NCBI GenBank assembly: GCA_951406725.2
Contig: OX597816.1
Location: 24,180,001-24,244,000, forward strand
Direction: 5' to 3'
Source of the DNA: Octopus vulgaris
Taxonomy: Eukaryota
DNA length: 64,000 bases
Shown here: in pieces, positions 25,991 to 38,359 of the stretch
How positions within the stretch are numbered: position 1 is the stretch's first letter
How the letters are laid out: every line of letters starts with the position of its first letter
The notes under the pieces: model-generated
Database searches by the model: none
What the model was told of the DNA's origin: nothing
What the model saw: the letters and a program-made list of their open reading frames with translations, nothing else
Program-made: the position numbers and the translations under genes

Positions 25991-26375
25991 GGAGGCGCAA
26001 TGGCCCAGTGGTTAGGGCAGCGGACTCGCGGTCATAGGATCGCAGTTTCGATTCCCAGACCGGGCGTTGTGAGTGTTTATTGAGCGAAAACACCTAAAAG
26101 CTCCACGAGGCTCCGGCAGGGGATGGTGGTGATCCCTGCTGTACTCTTTCACCACAACTTTCTCTCACTCTTACTTCCTGTTTCTGTTGTACCTGTATTT
26201 CAAAGGGCCGGCCTTGTCAATCTCTGTGTCACGCTGAATATCCCCGAGAACTACGTTAAGGGTATACGTGTCTGTGGAGTGCTCAGCCACTTACTCGTTA
26301 ATTTCACGAGCAGGCTGTTCCGTTGATTCGGATCAACCGGAACCCCCATCGTCGTAACCGACGGAGTGCTTCCCA
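25991..26375 (+). mobile_element. SINE family C in a (TAG)n context
   Basis: Full head and tail. 26060-26375 is repeated at 27140-27455. Confidence 0.9.
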
Positions 26376-26396
26376 GTAGTAGTCAGTAGTTTCGTA

Positions 26397-27140
26397 CCGT
26401 TCAGTATTTCAACGTAGTAAGCTGGAACTTTTTAAAGTACTTTTTGCTTTCTAATTGGTTGTCTTTTTCAGGATTTTATTTTTTGTCTTGTGAAAAAGCT
26501 TCCAATGATGTACAAATGCTTATCTCGATACTTTCAGTATTCTTCAAATGCTTGGTGGATGCTTTCAATATTCTCACCCTTGACAATCTCTTTTTTTAGT
26601 ACTTACTCTTCCTCCAAATCCTTCTACTTCGCTTTCTGTTGGTACCTCATTGATTTCTGTCTTATTTTTGCCAAGCACTTGATAAAATCGTTTGGCTTGG
26701 TGTCAAACTGTTTATATTTGATCAAATAATTGTTGTTTGCATCCATAAAACCATTTGGGGGCACATGGTCAAGTGGTTAGAGCAGCGGACTCGCGGTCGA
26801 GGGATCGCGGATTCGAATCTCGGACCGGGCGATGTTGTGTTTATGGGCGAAACACCTAAGCTCCACACGGCTCCGGCAGAAGGTAATGGCAAACTTCTGC
26901 TGACCCTTTCGCCACTACTTTCTCTCGCTCTTTCCTCCTGTATCTTGCAGCTCACCTACGACGGACTGGCGTTCCACCCAGGTGGGGAACCTATACGCCA
27001 AGGAAACCGGGAAACCGGCCCTTATGAGCCAGGCGTGGCTCGAGAAGGAAAAATAAAACCATTTCAAATACTCCTGCTCTGATGTTCGTAAAAGGCTTCA
27101 TTTTTTTTCATCAGTCATAATGTTACAGTTAGAGCTATAC
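26397..27140 (+). repeat. segmental copy of 24435-25198
   Basis: Colinear near-identity including the SINE and its TSD. Confidence 0.9.
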
Positions 27141-29476
27141 CGGGCGTTGTGAGTGTTTATTGAGCGAAAACACCTAAAAGCTCCACGAGGCTCCGGCAGG
27201 GGATGGTGGTGATCCATGCTATACTCTTTCACCACAACTTTCTCTCACTCTTATTTCTTGTTTCTGTTGTACCTGTATTTCAAAGGGCCGGCCTTGTCAC
27301 TCTCTGTGTCACGCTGAATATCCCCGAGAACTACGTTAAGGGTACACGTGTCTGTGGAGTGCTCAGCCACTTACTCGTTAATTTCACGAGCAGGCTGTTC
27401 CGTTGATTCGGATCAACCGGAACCCTCATCGTCGTAACCGACGGAGTGCTTCCCAGTAGTAGTAGTAGTAGTAGTAGTGTGTTTTGGTACTGTCTGTTCA
27501 TTTACTGTTGCCTAGAGTTTTCATGAATTTTATTCTCAGTTCACTTGTTAAAAAAGTCTCCGTTTTCCTCTGCTATATCTCTCAGAATATCACTATTCCT
27601 TTTATGATTTTAATGTTATTGATAGAGTTGTATTTATTTTAGTACTTTTCTATACTTCTGCTTTATTCTGATTTATTTCTCGTGGAAATGTCTGTTTTTT
27701 AAAATTTATTTATTTATTTATTATTTTTTTTTACAAATTTTTGTTTCAGAAAGAATAGTTTGTTTTGTACAAACGGTTTGTTCTTTATTTCAACTATCCG
27801 GACTATTTGTTATAATGCTTCTACGTATTTATTCAATTGATATTTTGCGTTCGAAATTTTATTTCTAGCTGCTTGATTATTCTTTTTTTTTTTTTTTTTT
27901 GCCGTGTACTTCAGTTAAAATTGAGAATAAAAAATAAATAACACTCTTTTTTAGCTTTATATATTTTATAATTTTACAGCTAAATTTTTTTTTAGTTTAT
28001 GCTTTATCCTTTGGAAACCTATTATTGTATCTTCATTCCTTCAAGTTGACGTGTCACATATGACTTAGACCTGACATATCTTAAATAGTTTATTGCATCA
28101 AGCATGATTTGTCCGACAGCCATCTTAGCTCTCGCTTTTATCTGTGAATCTAATTTTCATATTATCGTTCTTTCATTCCCGTAATCCACTGATATATTAT
28201 TTTATCGACCGTTTTTTATCGAAAGGAACAATAACATGTTGACCTAGCAAGGAAATTTGAATTCATCAGAGTTATAGAGCCAGAACATTGATTTTTTAAA
28301 TATTTTTCTTCTACTAATTGATTGATTTATCTTCTTGTGCCTTACTTTCCTTTTTCTTATGTTTTCATGCATTTGAGGAGTGGGGAACTGGTAACGTGTT
28401 GCTGAAGGCCTTACTTGAGTTATTTAATATGACGCATGTTTCTTCATCTATTTCCACATTTCTGGATATTTTCTTTAATCGCAAGTTCTTCTGCTTTCTG
28501 CAGGTCTTTTATAAAACTATTCTAATACTTTATGATTTCATCTTTCTTATTTTTCATCTTCTTTGAGTTATATTCTCTCCTACCATTTAGTGGTAGGACG
28601 AGTGATCAGCTAAAAGTATTGAGGATTTAAGGATTTTCCAAGCCGCTTACTGTTTTTGCAGAGTTTCTTGAAGGTGACAGGCTTGGAAAACCCTTAAGTA
28701 AATTAAGTATTTCAGGTGATCATTGTCTTCGACAGTCCACAAACTGGGAGGAGAGAACGCAACGAACTTGAAACAGACATCATAAGACTTTATCATTCCC
28801 GTAATCCACTGATATATTATTTTATCGACCGCGAAAGGAACAAAGCAAGGTTGAACTAGCAAGGATTTGAACCCAGAGTTAAAGAGCCAGAACAAATAGG
28901 CACCAGCACTCTTAATATTTGATATTTAAATCGCTTCGCGATTTTGCTTTTCAGCCTTCAGGAGTTGATAAAAATAGGTACCAGTCAGATACTAGGGTTG
29001 ACATGATTGACTGTATTCCATCATCCAAATTTTATGGCGCAGGTAATTTTTAGAAAACTTTAAAATAATTTTTTGCTAATCTATTATAATAAGTTAAACG
29101 TATTTTGTTACTCATAGATTCTATCGCTTTGATTTTTATTAATTTACGTCGATAGCTATCATGACAACCCATCAGAAACCCAATTCTTGTTGCAGTGTGG
29201 GGACTTGTGTACGTCAAGTATTCTGAAAGCTTTGCCAACAGAGCAGAAACTCATTGGAAGGCCTTTCATACTGGATAATCTCAAGATTAGAGGCTAAACT
29301 GATATGGGCTATCTTTTCCCAGAGGTAAGAAATTGTGTTTGAGAGGGCCAACACCAATACAGTTTTCTTTTGCTTCAACACAGTATTTTTTTTGCGCAAA
29401 ATTTAGTCTCGCGGCTTTGATCGATTCGAGTCTCTGGAAGAAGACAGAAAACACCGCAAGCACGACAGCAACAGCA

Positions 29477-29840
29477 GGAGGCGCAATGGCCCCAGTGGTT
29501 AGAGCAGCGGACTCGCGGTCGGAGGATCTCGGTTTCGATTCCCAGACCGGGCGTTGTGCGTGTTTATTGAACGAAAACACCTAACGCTCGACGAGCCTCC
29601 GGCAGGGGCTGGTGGCGATCCCTGTTGTACTCTCGCTCCACCTTTCTCTCACTCTTTCTTCCTGTTTCTTGTCCCCGACTTCCTACGCAACCGCTGAGCC
29701 GGGATGCGCATTCATCCATCCGTCGATGCTCTCGGTGTCGGGGGTTCACTTGCTTTCTCTTCTGCGGGTCTTACGAATAGCAAAGGACCACGTTTCGGAC
29801 TTCTCCCATCTTTCGAGCTCTGGGACGAAGACCGTTCGCT
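29477..29840 (+). mobile_element. SINE family C head with a third tail type, ending in (CAACAG)n
   Basis: Same head, with a distinct 3' region CGCAACCGCTGAGCCGGGATGCGC..AAAGGACCACGTTTCGG. Confidence 0.8.
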
Positions 29841-29879
<39 letters not shown>

Positions 29880-30239
29880 TAGCACGAATGCATTCATCCA
29901 TAATCAGGATCAATAATCGACTGGACAGACATCTGATGAGGACCGCATCAAAAGTCTATAGGGACATATTGAAAGCGGTCCTCGGAGGATAAGAGATCCT
30001 TTAGAAACAATTTTTGGAGTGCATACCTATTTCTCTACGTTCAGAGTTCAAATCATATCGGAGTCGACAGTGCACTTTTTTTTACCGTTTATTAGGATAC
30101 TCAAATAAAGTGATAGGCACTAATTACTGAAAGGACGGGGTCACGTGCGGATCCAATTAATTGTTGCCCTTATCTCAAATATACGGTCTTCCCTGTCTAT
30201 GTTGGAAAATATCAACATTATATGAATCATATTGTCAAT

Positions 30240-31036
30240 ATTATCATCATTACCACCACCACCACCACCACCGCACGCTACCCATCATCATGATCCTCCT
30301 CCTCCTCATTATTGCTGCTGATGTCGCCACCGCTGCTCTCGCTGCTACTGCCGCCATCACTTCCATTGTCATCGTGATGACATTATCATCATCATCATCA
30401 TCAACATTGTTGTCATCAATTTACTACCGCCTACACTAATTCCAACATCATCAGCATCCTCATCACCAACGCTGTACTTCCAGCAACATCACCAGCACCA
30501 CCACTACCAATGTCATAGCCATCATCATTGTCATCATCGTCATCATCGTCATCATCATCAGCCTCATCATCCTTAACATCATCTTCATCTTCATCATCGT
30601 CACTGTCATCATCATCATCACCATCACCACCATCATCATCCTCATCATCCTTAACATCATCTTCATCTTCATCATCGTCACTGTCATCATCATCATCATC
30701 ATCACCATCACCATCACCGTCATCATCATCCTCATCATCCTTAACATCATCTTCATCATCGTCACCGTCATCATCATCATCATCATCACCGTCATAATCT
30801 TCATCATCCTTATCATCATCTTCCTTATCTTTATCATCACCATCATCATCGTCATCATCAACATCACCAACATCATCATCATCATCATCCTTAACATCAT
30901 CTTCATCATCATCATCATCATCATCGTCATAATCTTCATCATCCTTATCATCATCTTCCTTATCTTTATCGTCATCATCATCATCATCATCATCATCATT
31001 ATCATCATCATCATCATTGTCGTCGTCGTCATCATC
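30240..31036. repeat. imperfect (CAT)n trinucleotide tract with higher-order units
   Basis: Visible, with recurring CCTTAACATCATCTT units. Confidence 0.9.
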
Positions 31037-31318
31037 GTTTTAGAGGAAATGTTTACAGAATCTGTTTCACAATTTGGAAATAGAAAAGAAAAAAAGAAAA
31101 CGTGGAAAAAAACAACAACAAAAAGCAACAAAAAGGAAATCAAATACACTCCAGCTCATGATTGAACTTCGATTTCGGGTAAATAAAATATAATCACCAA
31201 AAAACGTTAAATGGAAAAAAATGGGAAAATAACCAAAAGAAATTCCACCAAAATCTCAAATTTACGAAGGGAAATAAAGAAAAATCTCCCCCAAACTAAA
31301 TAAACCTATCATTAAACT

Positions 31319-31319
31319 G

Positions 31320-31366
<47 letters not shown>

Positions 31367-31811
31367 TGTGGTGGTGGTGCTTGTAGTATTTGTGGTGGTG
31401 GTGGTAGTTGTGGTGGCGGTGGTAGTAGTAGTGGTAGTGGTGGTGGTAGTAGTAGTAGTGTTAGTGGTAGTAGTGGTGGTGGTAGTGGTAGTAGTAGTAG
31501 TGGTGGCGTTGGTGGTGTTGGTGGTAATAGTAGTAGTGGAGTTGGTGGTGGCAGTAGTAGTAGTAATGGTGGTAGTAGTGTTAGTAGTAGTGGTGGTGGT
31601 TGTGGTGGTGGTGGTGGTGGTAGTAGTAGTGGAGTTGGTGGTGGTAGTAGTAATGGTGGTTGTAGTGTTAGTAGTAGTAGTAATGGTGGTAGTAGTGTTA
31701 GTGGTGGTGTTGGTGGTGTTGGTGGTAGTAGTAGTAGTGGAGTTGGTGGTGGTAGTAGTAATGGTGGTAGTAGTATTAGTAGTAGTGATGGTGGTGGTGG
31801 TGGTTGTAGTG
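31319..31811. repeat. imperfect (GTA/GTG)n trinucleotide tract
   Basis: Visible. Confidence 0.9.
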
Positions 31812-32020
31812 CAAAGCTTGAAATTTTCCAGCATTAAACTGCACGTTGTTTACCTCGGTATATATTTACTTTGGTATATTGCATTCCGGTCCCACTGTGA
31901 GCTTGTGACGTCATCTAGATCAGCGCTTCTCAAACTTTCTGATGTGGCGTATCGCCATTTTAGTTTTTTCTCCAATGTGCCAGGGATTGGTAATATTATT
32001 TATTAATATTAATTTATACC

Positions 32021-32250
32021 AGGACGGCGAGCTGGCAGAACCGTTAGCACGCCGGGCGATATGCTCACCATATTCCGTGTGACGTTACGTTCTGAGTTCA
32101 AATTCCGCCGAGGTCGACTTTGCCTTTCATCCTTTCGGGTCGATGAAATAAGTACCAGTTTCGCATTGGAGTCGGTGTAATTAAGTTAATCCCTTTGTCT
32201 GTTCTTGTTTGTCCCCTCTATGTTTATCCCCCTGTGGACAATAAATAAAT
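32021..32250 (+). mobile_element. SINE family A with TSD
   Basis: ATATTAATTTATACC on both sides. Confidence 0.85.
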
Positions 32251-32547
32251 ATTAATTTATACCGGAAGCCATATATATGAGATGCAGCACGGAATTTTGT
32301 CAGTGAACAGGTCGCGGTTTCAAATTGACGAAAATATTTTGACGAATTAAATTTAAATATTGAAGTGAATCTAACGGTTTTTTTGTGTGTTTTTAAATGT
32401 CATATAAACACCCTCCACGCTGCAATTGTTTTTGCTTCAGCACACGATCTCAGAATATAATAAAAGTTGACAATTACTTCTTTCTTGTATTTATTTCATA
32501 AACAAATAATACAATATCACATAAGCATTTTATACGGGGTAAATAAC

Positions 32548-32581
<34 letters not shown>

Positions 32582-32591
32582 TTAATATATA

Positions 32592-33226
32592 TATCTGTAA
32601 ATATAATACGTGACAATTATTTGGTAGCCATGACAAAGCTCCGAGATTCGGATGTCGGGCGGAAACCCACGCCGCTATCTCTTCAGTTATCCGGCCATCG
32701 AAAAAGTGCTATGAAAATTACCGTTAAACAAGGAGAAATTACTGTGTGATTGACCATTATTAAGACAAAAGATCTATTTGAATGATCACTAAGTGAGGAG
32801 AGGGAATAATGGTAAGGAAGTAAAAATGGTCATAGTATTCGCGTAAGCGCGTATCTCTATACCTACACATGCGCGCCTGCACACTCACGTACATGAGCCT
32901 ATAAGTATATACACATCCACAGTCCCTTGAAACACACATGCTCACCCACATATTCGGCAAAAAATCTATACATACCCGCATACACGCTCTCACACACACA
33001 CACACACGCACGCAAAAAAAAGGTTCATACATACGTCTATATACTCACAGGCACAAAAAGGCAAAATACAGAAAAATATGTAAAGAAGTATAACGGTCAT
33101 TTTCATAGCGTTTTTTCGATGGCTGGATAACTGAAGAGATGGTGGCGTGGGTTTCCGCCCCGACATCCAAATCTTGGAGTTTTATCATTGCTACCAAATA
33201 ATTGTCACATATTACATTTACAGATA
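32592..33226. mobile_element. fold-back element (~135-bp inverted arms) with degenerate hammerhead in the arms
   Basis: 32592-32726 is the inverse of 33091-33226. 33126-33186 reads GATAA CTGAAGA GATG..CATC caaa TCTTGGAG TT TTATC. Confidence 0.75.
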
Positions 33227-33379
33227 AATTCCTCTATTTACATAATATCGAGGTCTCTTTCATTCTTTTGTTGTCTTACCATTTCTGTCTCTCTCTCTCT
33301 ATATATATATACATACATGGTTGTTATATTTTATATATTTCTTTATTGCCCACAAGGGGCTAAAAAATGTGTAACAGAA

Positions 33380-33427
33380 GCCCCCAGTGAGGATCGAACT
33401 CACGACCCCTGGTTTACAAGACCAGTG
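33380..33427 (-). pseudogene. tRNA-Thr(UGU) 3' half within a TSD-flanked chimeric retrocopy
   Basis: Reverse complement CACTGGT CT TGT AA ACCAG GGGTC GTGAG TTCGATC CTCAC TGGGGGC shows perfect anticodon and T arms. The D arm and 5' acceptor strand are missing. Confidence 0.85.
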
Positions 33428-33444
33428 GTTGTTATATTTTATAG

Positions 33445-33542
33445 TCTTCTACTATAGCTTCGGCCCGACCAAAGCCTTGTGAGTGGATTTGGTAGACGGA
33501 AACTGAAAGAAGCCTGTCGTATATATACATATATATACATAC

Positions 33543-33588
<46 letters not shown>

Positions 33589-33790
33589 CTCTGTGTTTGT
33601 CCCCCAAAACGCTTGACAACCGATGCTGGTGTGTTTACATCCCCGTAACTTAGCGGTTCGGCAAAACAGCTCGATAGAATAAGTATCAAGTTTACAAAGA
33701 ATGTAACCTGGGGTCGATTTCTCTGACTAATGGCGGTGCTCCAGCATGGCCGCAGTCAAATGATGGAAACAAATAAAAGAGTAAAAGAGA
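33445..33790 (+). mobile_element. SINE family B, 5'-truncated
   Basis: Family B body and AGAGTAAA tail. Confidence 0.85.
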
Positions 33791-33946
33791 GAAACAGGGT
33801 AGAGCGGATGATGTCTGTATTCCAATATTGCAATAACCAATAATATGTTGCCCATGTTTAGTAATATTACGATCATGAAATTAGCATTCGCTTATCTCAC
33901 TTTTTCTCGCTGAACCCCTAGGAACCTTTTGCGGGACCCTGGCTGA

Positions 33947-34066
33947 GAAGCTTATCAGATGCCTTTGCGAGGTCAAGATAAATCGCATTGACATCTGAAT
34001 GGTCATGGTCAAGCAGCTGTTTCAAAACTCATAGTGCTGTAAGAGCTGTGTGAGGTAGCTCCTTCA
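33947..34066 (-). pseudogene. CR1/L2-type LINE reverse transcriptase fragment
   Basis: RSYLTQLLQHYE..DVNAIYLDLAKASDKL matches the non-LTR RT motif SCLTQLL..YD....D.IYLDF.KAFD.V. Confidence 0.7.
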
Positions 34067-34107
34067 AGGCTTCCTGAACGGAAGGTATACTGTGTATTGT
34101 TAAGTGT

Positions 34108-34185
<78 letters not shown>

Positions 34186-34333
34186 GGTTAAGTAATTGAG
34201 ATTCTAGTGAATTCTAAAGAATTCACATGAATATGGTCCTTAACTAGGATGCACCGGAAATCTATATGGTGTTAACCATACGACAAGTGGGGTGATTACA
34301 AATAGGAAAAAAGCAACAAGAATGGATTAAAAT

Positions 34334-34419
34334 CTCGGTACGATCGTTTCATACGAGGACATCTTTAATAAGCTACAAAAAATGCAGTGAATACAGATGG
34401 CTCGTACTCGTCAGCCGAA
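34334..34419 (-). ncRNA. type I hammerhead ribozyme (left arm copy)
   Basis: Mirror of 36175-36260. The first helix II pair is G-U instead of G-C. Confidence 0.75.
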
Positions 34420-36174
34420 AAAACATCAGAGAATTCCCAAACATCAAAAGGGGTAGATACAAAAGAGGTTGTAAGATTAGCTGCATTGAAGAAAGTTCGA
34501 TTCATGGAGATCCGATGAAAGGTATTAAACCTATAGAATTTATGCATGTCTACATATAGCTCATATTGAATATTTGATCAAGTTGTGTGAAGAAATTTTC
34601 GGATACAGTCATGCAAAATTTCTGAAAATCCGAGTAAGAGGCAAAGTGACTGCCATATCATGTAGAGGAAAGTCTGAGTAAAAGCAAAGTGACTGTCATA
34701 TCGTGTAGAGGAACAGATTGTTATTGAAATTTACAAGAATCGCAGATAAGTTCGATTTTTTGGAGATCCGATGAAAAAGTCTTGAACTTACAAAATATGT
34801 GTATGTCCTTATAGTTCATAATCCAGTTTTGTGAAGAGATTTAGGGTACAACCATGCGAAAAATATCAGGGAATCCGAATGAGAAGCAAAATGACAGTCT
34901 TATATTGTAGCGGTTCAGGTTGTTAATGAATTTATCAAGAATCACAGAAAGAGGAGGAAGGAGGTAGAAATTTAATCAGTTACTGCTATTTAAGCTGTCA
35001 AAGAGAAAGGAAAGGGGAAGCTAAGGGGATGGGCACAAGTTGATACTAACAGAAAAGTCTAAGTTTGTTTAGAACAAAATTCGAACTGAGGTCAACAATT
35101 TATTTCTTTATTTATAAATGTTACTATTAATAGATTATTGATTTATTTCTATTGGACCATATTATTAATAAATTAAATTTTGCTCTATTTTTATCTCCAT
35201 TTCTTAGTCTATTTTTTAACCCATTACAAATATTAGTTAGTTAAATCTCTTAATTTCTTTTACACTAAAAATTAATTCTGCTAATCCCAGACCTATCGTA
35301 GTGTATTGTGATGTGATATAATATATCAAAATAATATAATATAATATAGTGTAGTGTAGTGTATTATAGTATAGTATAATAATAATATAATTGTTTAATT
35401 TCATTTAAAAACAACCCCATTTTTCTTTCCTTTCTAATGACCTCTTTGTAACCTGACAATCTATTAATAGTAACATTTATAAATAAAGAAATAAATTGTT
35501 GACCTCAGTTCGAATTTTGTTCTAAACAAACTTAGACTTTTCTGTTAGTATCAACTTGTGCCCATCCCCTTAGCTTCCCCTTTCCTTTCTCTTTGACAGC
35601 TTAAATAGCAGTAACTGATTAAATTTCTACCTCCTTCCTCCTCTTTCTGTGATTCTTGATAAATTCATTAACAACCTGAACCGCTACAATATAAGACTGT
35701 CATTTTGCTTCTCATTCGGATTCCCTGATATTTTTCGCATGATTGTACCCTAAATCTCTTCACAAAACTGGATTATGAACTATAAGGACATACACATATT
35801 TTGTAAGTTCAAGACTTTTTCATCGAAACTCCAAAAAATCGAACTTATCTGCGATTCTTGTAAATGTCAATAACAATCTGTTCCTCTACACGATATGACA
35901 GTCACTTTGCTTTTACTCAGACTTTCCTCTACATGATATGGCAGTCACTTTGCCTCTTACTCGGATTTTCAGAAATTTTGCATGACTGTATCCGAAAATT
36001 TCTTCGCACAACTTGATCAAATATTCAATATGAGCTATATGTAGACATGCATAAATTCTATAGGTTTAAAACCTTTCATCGGATCTCCACGAATCGAACT
36101 TTCTTCAATGCAGCTAATCTTACAACCTCTTTTGTATCTACCCCTTTTGATGTTTGGGAATTCTCTGATGTTTT

Positions 36175-36260
36175 TTCGGCTGACGAGTACGAGCCATCTG
36201 TATTCACTGCATTTTTTGTAGCTTATTAAAGATGTCCTCGTACGAAACGATCGTACCGAG
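36175..36260 (+). ncRNA. type I hammerhead ribozyme, canonical core
   Basis: TTCGG CTGACGA GTACGAG..CTCGTAC GAAA CGATCG TA CCGAG. Predicted cleavage after A36255. Confidence 0.85.
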
Positions 36261-36287
36261 ATTTTAATCCATTCTTGTTGCTTTTTT

Positions 36288-36364
<77 letters not shown>

Positions 36365-36368
<4 letters not shown>

Positions 36369-37025
36369 CCGGTCCAGAGAACAAGGTGTCATCATACCAC
36401 TTTTCTCCTCCTTTGCACGGCCACACCTCGAATACTGCTGCCCAATGTGGTCTCCCCTTACAAGACAAAACATCTCGAAGATTGAATCACCCCAGAGGGC
36501 ACTCACTAAACGAATTGAAGGCATGGCTGCTCTCGATTATTGGGATCGCCTTAAAGCCTTGAAACTCTACTCTCTCCAGCGTCGCCGTGAGCGGTACATC
36601 ATTTGTACGATGTGGAGAATATACCGCCAACTTTGCCCAAACGACCTGAACATTAGCTTCAAGGTTCATCCAAGACTGGGACCATGAGCCATACGTCCCC
36701 TGCCCAATTCAAGATCACAGCATACATGTACACTGCAACATAATTTCTTTTCCTCAGCAGGCCCTGCCCTATATAACATTGTCCCGAAAGAGATCAAAGA
36801 GGAAAAGGATCCCATCAACTTTAAACGGAGTCTGTATAGATTCCTTCAAGGAATACCAGATAAGCCACCCATAATTGGATACAACTCACCCAACAAAAAC
36901 TCACTACTTGAATGGACCATAAACAAAACTTGACTTAAACAGGATTCAAATAATCCTATCAGGTGGTGCTATTAAGTTAAACATGGCCTGGACCAATCTT
37001 TGGTCGAAATATATCTAAGTTTATT
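36365..37025 (+). mobile_element. CR1/L2-type LINE 3' fragment (ORF2 C-terminus plus 3' UTR)
   Basis: FRSREQGVIIPLFSSFARPHLEYCCPMWSP..IESPQRALTKRIEGM..YWDRLKALKLYSLQRRRERY is the diagnostic post-RT region. Internal stop at about 36685. Confidence 0.85.
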
Positions 37026-37704
37026 TATATATATCCATTATAAATTATACAAGTTTATATAGAGATTGTTAACTTTAACAATACTCAAAAACAGGCTAGA
37101 ATCGAATTGCTCAAATTGAGCTAAGTTCCAATTTATAATTTGAATGGAGGCAATACCAGCGGAAAACTAGAGGAGCATGACCTATTAGCCAATAGAATAT
37201 TCAATATATATGTGTACTTTCTTCGACCTTAATAAATCGATATAAAGTCCGAGATAATATAGTATTAAAATCATACAAGTATATTAACATATAAATATTT
37301 AATATTTAAAGATATGCAAATATTCAAAAATATTGAAAAATATTTAAAAATACGTAGGCATTTTAAAAATATATAAATACATAAATAGATACATAAATAG
37401 ATATAAAAATGTCGATATGATATAAGATAAAAACTCGTACGTACTTTAAAATATTTAAAAATATATATATATATATATATATATAAATACGCAGGCAAAA
37501 TAGAAAACATCAATATAATACAAGACTTATTGAATTATTAATTCACACGATAGGATGCAAGGGAATAAAGATTCACAAGTTGCAACACTAAGTCCAGTGG
37601 AAAATTTGAAATTATAACATTAAAAGGACATACTAATACACGAAGATAATATCCATCTCTCTCTCACTCCCTCTCTTTCTCTCTCTCTATATATATACTC
37701 TCTC

Positions 37705-38103
37705 TTTACTCTTTTACTCTTTTACTTGTTTCAGTCATTTGACTGCGGCCATGCTGGAGCACCGCCTTTAGTCGAGCAAATCGACACCGGGACTTATTCT
37801 TTGTAAGCCCAGTACTTATTCTATCGGTCTCTTTGCCGAACCGATAAGTGACGGGGACGTAAACACACCAGCATCGGTTGTCAAGCAATGCTAGGGGGAC
37901 AAACACAGACACACACACACACACACATATATATATACATATATACGACAGGCTTCTTTCAGTTTCCGTCTACCAAATCCACTCACAGGGCATTGGTAGG
38001 CCCGGGGCTATAGCAGAAGACACTTGCCCAAGATGCCACGCAGTGGGACTGAACCCGGAACCATGTGGTTGGTTAGCAAGCTACTTACCACACGGCCACT
38101 CCT
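37705..38103 (-). mobile_element. SINE family B, near full length
   Basis: Complete tail, internal microsatellite and head. Confidence 0.9.
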
Positions 38104-38307
38104 AGCGAGAAGTTGAGGTTATAAGAGATAATGGCGTCAGGTAATGCTGAATAAGTGCTATTGACAGACCATAGTTAAGTTCCAGATTCGGTAATATTGC
38201 GAATAAAGAGTTCAACGTTGGTTCTTTGTCAGCGTGTGTATATATGAATTTTTGCGTAATGAGATAAAAAACCAAGGCTGTATAGATATTAGAGCATTTA
38301 TAGATAG

Positions 38308-38359
38308 GTCTTACAGCTGTTTCTAGAATATTAATTAATAATATCCCTTCATCGGAGAC
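38308..38359 (-). ncRNA. type I hammerhead-like motif (U4C variant)
   Basis: Reverse complement GTCT CCGATGA ..GGATATTA..TAATATTC.. GAAA CAGCTG TA AGAC. Confidence 0.6.

Larger units (their letters stand above)
34302..36292. mobile_element. large fold-back PLE-like element with 835-bp inverted arms
   Basis: 34302-35136 is the reverse complement of 35458-36292 (about 8 mismatches seen), with a 321-bp spacer and (TA)n arrays outside. Confidence 0.9.

Noticed and set aside
28651-28743. Candidate 93-bp minus-strand exon (polypyrimidine-CAG ... GTAAG)
   Set aside because: One frame is open, but the peptide is unrecognisable and no partner exons were found. It cannot be supported without RNA-seq.
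29196-29324. Candidate 129-bp plus-strand exon (TTGCAG ... GAG|GTAAGA)
   Set aside because: Stops in all three frames, so at best non-coding.
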